NCBI GenBank assembly: GCA_902621305.1
Contig: CACNLM010000003.1
Span: 46,539-110,538, forward strand
Reading direction: 5' to 3'
DNA from: an uncultured Alphaproteobacteria bacterium
Lineage (GTDB): Bacteria; Pseudomonadota; Alphaproteobacteria; HIMB59; GCA-002718135
Length of the DNA stretch: 64,000 bases
Under the pieces are notes generated by a model. It was not told the DNA's origin and did not search any database. It worked only from the letters and a program-made list of their open reading frames with translations. Shown one piece after another: positions 36,882 to 45,329 of the stretch. The first letter of the stretch is position 1, and each line of letters begins with the position of its first letter. The position numbers were made by a program, and so were the translations under genes.

Positions 36882-38099
36882 TTATTTTCTGTGAAATTTT
36901 ATGTTTTTATGAACAGCATTCGTTGGTTCGAAAATTATTAATAAAGCAAACATCAAAGTCATTATTATTTTAATTACAAGCATAGATGTAAACATCAAAT
37001 ACCCACTATAAAAATATAAAAATGAACCAAGACTTGGGCCAATAGCCATTGCTATATTGCTTGTAGATGCAATTAAACTTTTTGCCTGACCATAAATCTT
37101 TGCATCAAAGTAAAGATTAGTAACAAATCCAAATGTAACAGTTATGACACCGTGACCCATCCCAAATAAGATCATTGATAAAATTGAAAAGTATATATTA
37201 TCAAATTGAACTAAAATAAGACTAATTGCAGTAATAATGCATCCAATCGTTCCTGTTATTCTTGCGTCAAATTTTGATCCAAAAAACATCTCGATTAATC
37301 TTCCAATAGTTTGGAAGGGGCCATAAATGCTTGCTAATATTATTGCTAAGCTTGGGTTTTCATAAATTTCTGAAAACCAATTTATCCAAAAAAGTGTTAG
37401 TGATGCAAATACCAAGACATTTAAGAAATTTGATATACTTAATATTAGAAAAATTAATCTTTGTTTTATATCCAATTTAAGGAAATTGAATTTTTTAAAT
37501 TTATTTTTTTGTATATTTAAATGCGTATGATTTTTAATTTCATAATTAATAATCAATGAATAAATTAATAATAAACTACTTATTATGAGACAAGAAATTA
37601 ATAGATTATAAATATCTATTAGTGGGAAAATACATAACCAGGTTATAGTACTTGCAATTCCTCCATAAAAAGTAATTATGGAAATATTTTTCCTAGAATT
37701 TTTTTCATCTAATTGTATGACTGTACTAAATGAACATTCATAACCACACATAGAAAGACTTGTTGATATTAAAATAAGACATAACGATAACCAAAAAAAA
37801 TTTTGAAAATATATATAATTCAATTCAATTAAACCCAAACAACAAATACCTATGCTGCCAATAATAAAACCTATCCTCATCACCTTTAATCCACCAAATT
37901 TGTCAATATATTTGCCAATGATAGGCATTATTGCTGCTTGAATTAGTAAATTGATAGTTAAAATTAAAAGGATGGAAGTTTCTGAAGTTTCTAAAAAATT
38001 AGACAAATAAGGTTTTACTGGTGCAAATAAATAAAAAAGAAAACCATAAGAAAAAATCGAGCCTATACCAAGTTTATGAACAGGAACTTTATGTAACAT
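36882..38099 (-). CDS. MFS transporter
   Basis: 405 aa, ~12 TM. GKYIDKFGGLKVMRIG resembles MFS motif A. Convergent with phnM. Confidence 0.75.
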   Translation of the reverse strand: MLHKVPVHKLGIGSIFSYGFLFYLFAPVKPYLSNFLETSETSILLILTINLLIQAAIMPIIGKYIDKFGGLKVMRIGFIIGSIGICCLGLIELNYIYFQNFFWLSLCLILISTSLSMCGYECSFSTVIQLDEKNSRKNISIITFYGGIASTITWLCIFPLIDIYNLLISCLIISSLLLIYSLIINYEIKNHTHLNIQKNKFKKFNFLKLDIKQRLIFLILSISNFLNVLVFASLTLFWINWFSEIYENPSLAIILASIYGPFQTIGRLIEMFFGSKFDARITGTIGCIITAISLILVQFDNIYFSILSMILFGMGHGVITVTFGFVTNLYFDAKIYGQAKSLIASTSNIAMAIGPSLGSFLYFYSGYLMFTSMLVIKIIMTLMFALLIIFEPTNAVHKNIKFHRK

Positions 38100-38184
38100 T
38101 ATGACTACTTTACTAAGAATATAAAATTAAAAAAGTTTTTTTTTCTTAACATTATTTTAATAAATATAACCTACTTGAAAATTT

Positions 38185-39093
38185 ATGAATAAAGTTGGAT
38201 TTTCAATTACTGGAACATCTGTAAACAATAATAGTAGTAGTAATTTAGAAATTCTAGAAGGAGAACTTACTCAATTTAAATTATTAGAAGTAGATTCAAT
38301 AGAATTACCAATTTATGCTTTAGATATAATTGTGGGAAAAAAAATTTTTAAACCCGAAATAGATAAACTAAAAAAAATTATTTCTACTTTTGACTTTAAT
38401 TATACTGTTCACGGAGAACTTTCAGTAAACTTAATGGATGAAGAGTTTTTTACTGATCACAAAGAGGTTTTAAAAAAAAATATTGAAGTATCAGGTGAAT
38501 TAGGTGCTTCGCATTTAGTGACCCATTTTGGATATACAACCAAAAAAATATTTGAAGATAAAAATCATTACAGTGAATTATTAGAAAAACAAAACGAGTG
38601 TTATGAAGAATTATCGAGTTTAGCTGATTCTTGTAACGTTACTCTAGCTATTGAGTGCTTATTTCCATTTAATATGGAGGCTTACGCTCCTTTACCAAGT
38701 GAAATTGCGCATAATTTAAATCAAATCAATCATAAAAGAATTAAAGCATGTTTAGATTTTTCCCACGCTTATATTAACTGTAATTATAATAATGCTGATT
38801 ATATAAGTGAAATAAAAACAATGGCTCCATTAAGTGAGCATCTCCACATGCACGACTCTTTTGGATTATTGCAAAAAATGCCAACGTTTTATAAATCTGA
38901 AGCAGTTAGTTATGGTTTGGGTGATATTCATTTGCCATTAGGATGGGGTAATATCCCCTTTGATGAAATATTTGATGAATTGCAATTTCCTAAAAATACT
39001 AATTTTAATTTTGAATTATTACCTAAACATTACCCTTATTTTGAAGAAAATATTAAAATAGCAAAAGAATTAATTAATAAAATTAGTGCTTAA
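38185..39093 (+). CDS. Xylose-isomerase-like TIM-barrel protein (sugar phosphate isomerase/epimerase family)
   Basis: 302 aa. Pattern VHGE...THFG...AIEC...DFSHAY...LHMHDS fits the metal ligands of the AP-endonuclease-2 / xylose isomerase-like fold. Confidence 0.7.
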   Translation: MNKVGFSITGTSVNNNSSSNLEILEGELTQFKLLEVDSIELPIYALDIIVGKKIFKPEIDKLKKIISTFDFNYTVHGELSVNLMDEEFFTDHKEVLKKNIEVSGELGASHLVTHFGYTTKKIFEDKNHYSELLEKQNECYEELSSLADSCNVTLAIECLFPFNMEAYAPLPSEIAHNLNQINHKRIKACLDFSHAYINCNYNNADYISEIKTMAPLSEHLHMHDSFGLLQKMPTFYKSEAVSYGLGDIHLPLGWGNIPFDEIFDELQFPKNTNFNFELLPKHYPYFEENIKIAKELINKISA

Positions 39094-39127
39094 ATTTATA
39101 ATTATTAAATTGAAAGGAGATTATTAA

Positions 39128-39445
39128 ATGTCAATTTTTATATCATTAGGTATTTATTCCCAAAAAGGTGCAGATGGTATCATTAATGGAGACTCAGACA
39201 GAAAAGCAGCTATGGAAAAAATGGTTAGCAGTGTTGGGGGCAAATTAATTGATTATCATATAACAAGAGGGCAGTATGATTTTGTCATGATTACTGAAGC
39301 AGACTCATTTGAAAGTATGGCTGCATGTGCATTAAAAGCAAAAGCAGCAGGAACTCTTACAGAAGCAGTAACTTTAGAGTCAGTTGATTTAAACAAAGTA
39401 AGAGAAATGGGAAATAAAGTAGATTTTTCTCCTCCTACTTCTTAA
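39128..39445 (+). CDS. GYD-domain small protein
   Basis: 105 aa. FISLGIYSQKG...GGKLIDYHITRGQYDFVMITEADS matches the GYD family pattern. Confidence 0.65.
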   Translation: MSIFISLGIYSQKGADGIINGDSDRKAAMEKMVSSVGGKLIDYHITRGQYDFVMITEADSFESMAACALKAKAAGTLTEAVTLESVDLNKVREMGNKVDFSPPTS

Positions 39446-39451
39446 TTTAAG

Positions 39452-39478
39452 AAGCACTCAAACTAGAGTGCTTTTTTT
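39452..39478 (+). terminator. Rho-independent terminator
   Basis: AAGCACTC-aaacta-GAGTGCTT followed by T-run 39472..39478, between convergent genes. Confidence 0.65.
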
Positions 39479-39485
39479 CATTAAA

Positions 39486-39875
39486 TTAAATAAATTTTTC
39501 TTTTCTTATGTAACCAACTTCTGTTGTTTTAAAGTGCTTGAAGGGTACATTGAGAGCTTCAATGGCTTTAATAGTCTCATCAGTAATATTTCCGTAAACT
39601 TCTATTTCAAATTTATCGGCTATTTCTTGATGTTTTTCTACATAAGCTACAACAGGAGGGTTATTAATGTGATGAACCATTGCTTCACTGGTACGGTAAA
39701 CTTCACTCCAGGTAAATTCTAATGGATCTGTTGGATCTTGATCAAAAGTATGGATCAGCATATCTGGTTCTGATGCATTAACGGCGTCATCAGCTTCTTT
39801 TGCTATCTTGAGATACTCTTCAACCTTACCTTCTTTTACACGTATTCTAGCTATTAAAATAAACGGGTTAGACAT
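39486..39875 (-). CDS. ABM-like (antibiotic biosynthesis monooxygenase fold) protein
   Basis: 129 aa. FILIARIRVKEGKVEEYLKIAKE...FTWSEVYRTSEAMVHH is a typical ABM ferredoxin-like pattern. Preferred over antisense ORF 39468..39722. Confidence 0.6.
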   Translation of the reverse strand: MSNPFILIARIRVKEGKVEEYLKIAKEADDAVNASEPDMLIHTFDQDPTDPLEFTWSEVYRTSEAMVHHINNPPVVAYVEKHQEIADKFEIEVYGNITDETIKAIEALNVPFKHFKTTEVGYIRKEKFI

Positions 39876-39884
39876 ATTATAATA

Positions 39885-40160
39885 TTAATTTCCACCTTCT
39901 AGCATAATGAATGTTTGAGTTTCAAGATCTACTCCTGCTTCTGTTCTTAATTTTACCATTGAAGGTAAATTCAGCATTTCTTGCATTCGCTGCATAGATT
40001 CAACCTGAAGAACTGTATAAATCTCATCTTGATTATCTTTGGGATGTCCATAAGCTAGTACAGTAACCCCATATTCTTGTCTTAAACTATCGTTTTCATC
40101 AAACGCTTGTTTCCAAAGCTCATAACCTTTAGTTATCTTTGCGTGCGATATAATTTTCAT
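39885..40160 (-). CDS. Small conserved hypothetical protein (91 aa), paralog of 21311..21580
   Basis: See 21311..21580; shared block VLAYGHPKD...ESM..MQ...KLRTEAGVDL. Confidence 0.6.
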   Translation of the reverse strand: MKIISHAKITKGYELWKQAFDENDSLRQEYGVTVLAYGHPKDNQDEIYTVLQVESMQRMQEMLNLPSMVKLRTEAGVDLETQTFIMLEGGN

Positions 40161-40365
40161 AATTAAGCTCCTTACTTATATTAATTTTACTATAATTTTC
40201 AAAAATGACTTTGTAAATGTGAACAAAGTGTAGCCAAAATTTAATTTTTTTATTATATTAAATATAAAATATTTTTTAAAAAAAAACATAAAAATAATTT
40301 ATGATTATAATGTAAAATTATTTGAGATTGTTATAATGAAAAAAATAAAAAAAAGGAGTCACTAA

Positions 40366-41082
40366 ATGGCTGAGATTGATTTAGCCTACCTTCCAATTGT
40401 AGGTAGAGGGGAACAGATTAATATTATTTGTTCGATGCATGGAATTAAAGTAAACGCCATGATGTCTAAGCCAATGGGAGAAGATTTCGACAAAGACACT
40501 GAGGCGGCATATGGTACAGTACCTTGGATGAAAGATCATGCCAATGGACTTGAATTGAATGACTCTACAGCTATAGTTCAATATTTGGTTACAAAATATG
40601 AAGGTCCTCTAACTCCAAAAGATCCTGAAGAAGCGGCAAGAATTGGTAATTACTGGGCTTGGTCTCAAGATTATTATTCTTATGTGCTTTCTCCATTTCA
40701 TGACATTATCACTGGACACAATGAGACATTCTGGAGAAATCTACGTTTGACAGATACTCTAGCAGAAGGAGGAAAAGAAACTGGCATAAAAAATTTGACC
40801 ACACTTCATAATAATCGTTCAAATTTTCTTGAGCGGTATTTATCTTCTTCAAGTGATGTTAAACCTTTCTTAACTGGCTCAAAATGTTCTTACGCTGACA
40901 TATTTTTGTATACATGTGTCCGTACGGTTCAAGAAACTAATGGTTTTGGGATTTTAAGAGAGGAAATAGGAGGAGACCCTTTTAAAAACTATCCTATTAT
41001 TAGTAGTATCTGTGATGAGGTTGGAAAAATACAAACAGTGAAAGACACTGTTGGAACAAAATTTTCTGATTGCCCAATTTAA
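40366..41082 (+). CDS. Glutathione S-transferase-like protein
   Basis: 238 aa. N-terminal thioredoxin-like part with VPWMKD...LELNDSTAIVQYL (GST ES-x-AI-type motif) plus a helical C-terminal domain. Confidence 0.6.
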   Translation: MAEIDLAYLPIVGRGEQINIICSMHGIKVNAMMSKPMGEDFDKDTEAAYGTVPWMKDHANGLELNDSTAIVQYLVTKYEGPLTPKDPEEAARIGNYWAWSQDYYSYVLSPFHDIITGHNETFWRNLRLTDTLAEGGKETGIKNLTTLHNNRSNFLERYLSSSSDVKPFLTGSKCSYADIFLYTCVRTVQETNGFGILREEIGGDPFKNYPIISSICDEVGKIQTVKDTVGTKFSDCPI

Positions 41083-41106
41083 TTTATTTTTTTTTATTAA
41101 AAAATA

Positions 41107-41210
41107 GTAGCGTTACTTATAGAGATAAATATGGCAATCCATATAAAGTTTAACTGCCAAAAAATCATCTGAGTGGAGAACGACTAATTTTTTTAAAAAA
41201 TTACCAAACT
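41107..41210 (+). pseudogene. Remnant copy of the 3' end (and 3' flank) of gene 43059..43427
   Basis: ~85% nt identity over ~104 nt to 43345..43450. It translates SSVTYRDKYGNPYKV*LPKNHLSGE versus GSVIYRDKYGNPYKVELPKNDPGGEHD, with an in-frame stop (GAA to TAA) and no upstream ORF. Confidence 0.65.
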
Positions 41211-41266
41211 CTGACTTGATAGTTTCAAAACTTACAATTGAAATTTGTATTCTTTTAAATATGCAT

Positions 41267-41285
41267 GAGGGGAGTTAATCCCCTC
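41267..41285. terminator. 7-bp GC-rich hairpin downstream of the 41306..41674 gene
   Basis: GAGGGGA-gttaa-TCCCCTC lies 20 nt beyond the minus-strand stop. A/T-rich flanks on both sides. Confidence 0.4.
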
Positions 41286-41305
41286 TAATGAAATTTTTAT
41301 TAAAT

Positions 41306-41674
41306 CTATTTTTTCATTGCATTAAACATACTTAGAGTATCATCATAAGCGATAAACTTTGACAACTTATCATCTTTTACTTCCATGTAGTGTCCAAAAA
41401 TTGTATCCATGCCTTCAGCAGTTGCTTTTGCATTTACAAAAACTTTATCACCTTCGCTGATCATTGATTCTATCGTAACTTTAAAATTGGTCCAGAGTTC
41501 AGGAGTTTTCATTAATTGTTGTTGAAAACCCTCTTTATTATGAGTTCCAGAAAATGGATGCTTATCACCTGGATATACCCAAATAAAATCGTCATGTACT
41601 ATATTCATAAAACCTTCCATGTCACCTTTTCCAAAGAGATCGTAACATTGTTCTACTAATGCTTTTGAGTCCAT
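41306..41674 (-). CDS. SnoaL/NTF2-like small protein
   Basis: The ORF is listed to a GTG at 41707. The ATG at 41674 has AAGGA 7 nt upstream (MDSKALVEQCYDLFGKGDMEGF..., a typical SnoaL-like N-terminus). Confidence 0.6.
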   Translation of the reverse strand: MDSKALVEQCYDLFGKGDMEGFMNIVHDDFIWVYPGDKHPFSGTHNKEGFQQQLMKTPELWTNFKVTIESMISEGDKVFVNAKATAEGMDTIFGHYMEVKDDKLSKFIAYDDTLSMFNAMKK

Positions 41675-41771
41675 AATTTTTCCTTTCTTTTGCAATAACT
41701 TTAACACCTTTTTGTTACATATTTTTTACTCTTAGATAAATGCTTTGGAAGCAATATAGACATGATATATT

Positions 41772-41808
41772 TATATAGCAGAGTCCATTAACAATCTTCT
41801 TAGTTGGT
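41772..41808 (+). repeat. Copy 1 of a ~36-nt conserved intergenic motif
   Basis: TATATAGCAGAGTCCATTAACAATCTTCTTAGTTGGT matches 43938..43973 apart from one indel and one substitution. Confidence 0.7.
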
Positions 41809-41848
41809 GTTAAGTTAATCCATAATAATTAAATTGAAAGGATAAAAA

Positions 41849-42127
41849 ATGTTATATCACTTAAAGTATGTTGTATATGAAGATAAGAAATTAGCTGCAC
41901 AAGAGTTATTTAAAAATATGACTCAAGAAGAAAGAGATGCTGAATTTCCTGAAGGAGTAACTAAAATAGCTAGAGTTCATAATTCAGCAAGTGGCTATGG
42001 TTATGTAATTGTAGATGCAGAAAGTCATGAAAAACTTCACGGCTTTATGATGAGTTGGGCGCCAATGTGTACTTTTCCTCAAGTTGAAGCAATGATTGAT
42101 GATGAGGATTTATTAAAAGTTCTGTAA
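41849..42127 (+). CDS. Small hypothetical protein (92 aa; possibly DUF3303-like)
   Basis: RBS aaaggataaaaaATG. The family guess is from memory of the pattern and is weak. Confidence 0.5.
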   Translation: MLYHLKYVVYEDKKLAAQELFKNMTQEERDAEFPEGVTKIARVHNSASGYGYVIVDAESHEKLHGFMMSWAPMCTFPQVEAMIDDEDLLKVL

Positions 42128-42204
42128 TGAAATTATTATTGAACCGTGAAATTTTAATACCTAAATAAAAATATATCAAAATATATAAACAAAAGAGGAA
42201 TAAT

Positions 42205-42687
42205 ATGAAAAATAAATTTTTACTAATCTTGATGTCTTCCATTTTTTTAATGTTTGGCTCTGCATTTGCTGGTGAAAAATATGAATTTACTGGAACCGCA
42301 TATAATACAAGTGGCTTTGAAGCACCGATAGTAACAGCTAGTGAAGCTCAAATTTGGAACTGGAGCAATGATTCTTTTTGGATTTATGATGATGCTCCTG
42401 AAGGGTGGCCTAAAGAAGTTATGGCAGACTGTAAGGGTAAAGGTATTGCAAATAAAGATGGCATTCCTCTAGCAGGATTTTTTATGTGTACAGTTCATGA
42501 TACTGATGGTGATCTTTTTCTGACAAGTGGAAATTGGGAACCCGCTAAAGGTGGAGGAGATTGGACATTTATTTCGGGAACAGGTAAGTTTGAAGGTGTG
42601 ACTGGTGGAGGTAGCTATTTAAATGGTGTTCAATTTATGGGTGGTGATACCTTAAACTTTGTTACGTCAATAGAAATGCCAAACTAA
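42205..42687 (+). CDS. Secreted hypothetical protein
   Basis: 160 aa. Signal peptide MKNKFLLILMSSIFLMFGSAFA. The mature part is G/W/D-rich. Confidence 0.6.
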   Translation: MKNKFLLILMSSIFLMFGSAFAGEKYEFTGTAYNTSGFEAPIVTASEAQIWNWSNDSFWIYDDAPEGWPKEVMADCKGKGIANKDGIPLAGFFMCTVHDTDGDLFLTSGNWEPAKGGGDWTFISGTGKFEGVTGGGSYLNGVQFMGGDTLNFVTSIEMPN

Positions 42688-42707
42688 ATTATTTAGAAAG
42701 GAGAAAT

Positions 42708-43010
42708 ATGGTTAGAATACAATGGATTATGAAACCTTTCCCTGGTCAAAACGATCAGGCAATGGAAAATGTTAAAAAATTTGCAAAGTTATGGAAAGAT
42801 CAAGGTGCTAACAAATGCACAATAGCAATTATGTCTGGAAATATGTGGGGTCATATTTCTTTTAATTGTAATTTTGATAATTTTGAACATTTAGGTAAAA
42901 CCAGAGACTTAGTTAGAAGTCATTCAGATTTAAAACTTATGATTAATGATGGAAGTAAGCTAGGAGAAATAGTTCAAGAAAACACGTATAGTATAGTTGA
43001 AAATTACTAA
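42708..43010 (+). CDS. Small hypothetical protein (100 aa)
   Basis: RBS aaaggagaaatATG. No motif recognised. Confidence 0.5.
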   Translation: MVRIQWIMKPFPGQNDQAMENVKKFAKLWKDQGANKCTIAIMSGNMWGHISFNCNFDNFEHLGKTRDLVRSHSDLKLMINDGSKLGEIVQENTYSIVENY

Positions 43011-43058
43011 TATTTAACAAGGTATTTATTATTTAAAATAGAGACCTATTTATATGAT

Positions 43059-43427
43059 ATGCGACAATTTATAGTTGAATGTTGGGATAGTGTTATGAAT
43101 CATGACTTTAACCCATTAAAGCACATTCCCGACCTACAAGTCAGACACATGGTATTGCAAATATTAGCTTGGATGTGGTGTATCGCATTCAGTCTTTATG
43201 TTGGATCCTGGTATGTAATGGGAGTAACTTTTGCTACACATTTTCTTTTAATCGCAGCCATTGCTATCACTATTGCTACTTTTAAAATATCTGAGAATGT
43301 CTATAAATTTAGAGAAGGTTACCATTCAGCGAATAGAGCACGAGGTAGCGTCATTTACAGAGATAAATATGGCAATCCGTATAAAGTTGAATTGCCAAAA
43401 AATGATCCTGGCGGAGAACACGATTAA
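43059..43427 (+). CDS. Small membrane protein (2 TM)
   Basis: 122 aa with two hydrophobic helices. Its 3' end is the intact counterpart of the remnant at 41107..41210. Confidence 0.55.
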   Translation: MRQFIVECWDSVMNHDFNPLKHIPDLQVRHMVLQILAWMWCIAFSLYVGSWYVMGVTFATHFLLIAAIAITIATFKISENVYKFREGYHSANRARGSVIYRDKYGNPYKVELPKNDPGGEHD

Positions 43428-43467
43428 TTCTTTTAAATAACTACCAAACTTTTTGTGAAGAAAATTA

Positions 43468-43884
43468 ATGAATATTAGATTTTATATAAAGATTGTAGTT
43501 GGTTTATTGACTGTTAAATTTGCATTTGCAGAAGTTATAGATATTAATGATCAAGAAATGATAAAATTATCAAATCTTAATATTCCAATTGTAGATGTAA
43601 GAAGAAGTGCAGAGTGGGTTCAAACCGGCGTTATTCCAAAAAGTATTTTACTAACTTTTTTCGATGATGAGGGGAATTATAATTTTGATGAATGGTTCGA
43701 AAAATTACAACTAGAAATAAGTGTAACTGATCCAATAATCTTAATTTGTAGATCAGGAAAAAGATCTAAGGTAGTCGCTAATATGATAGATGAGAAATTT
43801 AATACTATTATTTACAATGCACAAAGTGGAATCAACTCTTGGATTAATAAAAAATTCATAACAGTTGAGCCTCAAACAAATTAG
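43468..43884 (+). CDS. Rhodanese-domain protein (exported)
   Basis: 138 aa. N-terminal signal-like segment and active-site loop LICRSGKRS. Confidence 0.7.
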   Translation: MNIRFYIKIVVGLLTVKFAFAEVIDINDQEMIKLSNLNIPIVDVRRSAEWVQTGVIPKSILLTFFDDEGNYNFDEWFEKLQLEISVTDPIILICRSGKRSKVVANMIDEKFNTIIYNAQSGINSWINKKFITVEPQTN

Positions 43885-43937
43885 AAAAAGGGTAAGCGAT
43901 AGGCCTTACCACTCACCCAGTTGACCTATACGCTAAT

Positions 43938-43973
43938 TATATAGCAGAGTCCTTAACAATCTACTTAGTTGGT
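43938..43973 (+). repeat. Copy 2 of the ~36-nt conserved intergenic motif
   Basis: TATATAGCAGAGTCCTTAACAATCTACTTAGTTGGT, preceded by hairpin GGTAAG-cgataggc-CTTACC at 43891..43910. Confidence 0.7.
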
Positions 43974-44161
43974 ATGAATATTATTAAGACGATTATGATT
44001 ATTATATTTGATTTCTCTACTGGAGATTGACAGTAAATATAAAAAATACATTAATAAAATCCTAAAACATTGAATAATCCAAATAGTTATTAATATTTAA
44101 TATTTAATTCATGATAAATTAGTAATTACTTACATTGATGTTTATAATCCATACAAATTAA

Positions 44162-45316
44162 ATGGCTCAAGAAATAAATTATAACAAATTTTTCCTCGCC
44201 GCTTATTCTCAGGGTGCAATAGTGATGTTTTTAATAAGTACCTTTTTTGTTTATACGCCAATAGTTTTAGAAAGTTTAAAAATTACCGAAACTGAATTTG
44301 CTTTAGGTATAACAGTATTTGGAATCACAAATATTATTATCAATCAAATAGCAACAAGATATTTACTTCCTAAGATTGGAACAACCAATTGTTTGATAAT
44401 TGCAAGATTATCGTATGCATTTATTCCATTTCTAATTTTTTATATACCTAAGTACGAAGTGTATATTCTATTATGTATTTTTTGGGGAGCAGTGGTGGGC
44501 ATTCAGGCTCCAAGTCTTTTTACACAAATTGCTATATTAGAATCAAAAACAAAAAAAATATTAAATCCAATTTTTAAATCTTGTTTTTCAGTAGGATCTA
44601 TATTTGGAGCATTACTAGCAAGCTTATGTTTTGGGCTTAAAGTTGATCCGAAATTATTATTTGCTCTTATTGGAGTTTTTATTTTTCTATCTTCTATTTC
44701 TATGTTTTTTTTTGGTTTACCAAAAAAACTTGATTTTGTAGATAAATCACCAAGTTTCTCTTTACCATCTAAAACTATTTTATTGTACGCTTTAGTTAAC
44801 ATGATGATTTTTGCATCGATCGGTATAATTCTCAATTGGTCTTCTCTATGGTTTATTAATGATTTATTGGGACCAGTTTATTTAGCTGGTTTCGTTTTGC
44901 TATTTTTTAATATCGGTGAAATATCTGCAAACATAATGGCTTCAAGGCTTATTAAAATTTTTAATGAAAAATTTGTAGGTCCATATCTTACCATAATTGG
45001 ATCAGTAGTATTAATTTTTACTATAGTTTCTCAAAATATTTACATCATTTTGATCGGCATGATAATATTTGGTTTTTCGTGCTCTAATATGCAGCCAATT
45101 ATTTTTAGGCAAGCAATCAAATATTCCAAAGATTCAATCCCTAAAACTATATCTCATATATCTAGTATTGGTTTTTCTGGTTTAGTTTTTGGACCCGCAA
45201 TAGTAGGTTATTCTGCAGAAAAACTTGGATTAACATTTAACATGTATGCTTTGTGTTTCGTTTTTATTTCAATATCAATTTTAACTGTATCTCTAATGAA
45301 AACAGAATTAGCTTAA
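44162..45316 (+). CDS. MFS-type transporter (paralog 1)
   Basis: 384 aa, ~12 TM. Roughly 45% identical by eye to the next gene (shared LPKIGTTNCL, GIQAP, KTKKIL.PIFK, GPAIVGYSA). Confidence 0.7.
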   Translation: MAQEINYNKFFLAAYSQGAIVMFLISTFFVYTPIVLESLKITETEFALGITVFGITNIIINQIATRYLLPKIGTTNCLIIARLSYAFIPFLIFYIPKYEVYILLCIFWGAVVGIQAPSLFTQIAILESKTKKILNPIFKSCFSVGSIFGALLASLCFGLKVDPKLLFALIGVFIFLSSISMFFFGLPKKLDFVDKSPSFSLPSKTILLYALVNMMIFASIGIILNWSSLWFINDLLGPVYLAGFVLLFFNIGEISANIMASRLIKIFNEKFVGPYLTIIGSVVLIFTIVSQNIYIILIGMIIFGFSCSNMQPIIFRQAIKYSKDSIPKTISHISSIGFSGLVFGPAIVGYSAEKLGLTFNMYALCFVFISISILTVSLMKTELA

Positions 45317-45329
45317 TAATAATAATTAT

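Noticed and set aside
39468-39722. Plus-strand 84-aa ORF overlapping the ABM-like gene.
   Set aside because: It begins inside the terminator after the GYD gene, encodes an F/Y/N-rich product, and is antisense to an ORF with a recognisable ABM pattern.
41772-43973. Integron gene-cassette (attC) interpretation of the repeated 36-nt motif and the small-gene block.
   Set aside because: I could not find proper inverse-core/core sites (RYYYAAC / GTTRRRY) or an imperfect-palindrome attC structure. There is no intI gene in the window, and the gene orientations alternate.
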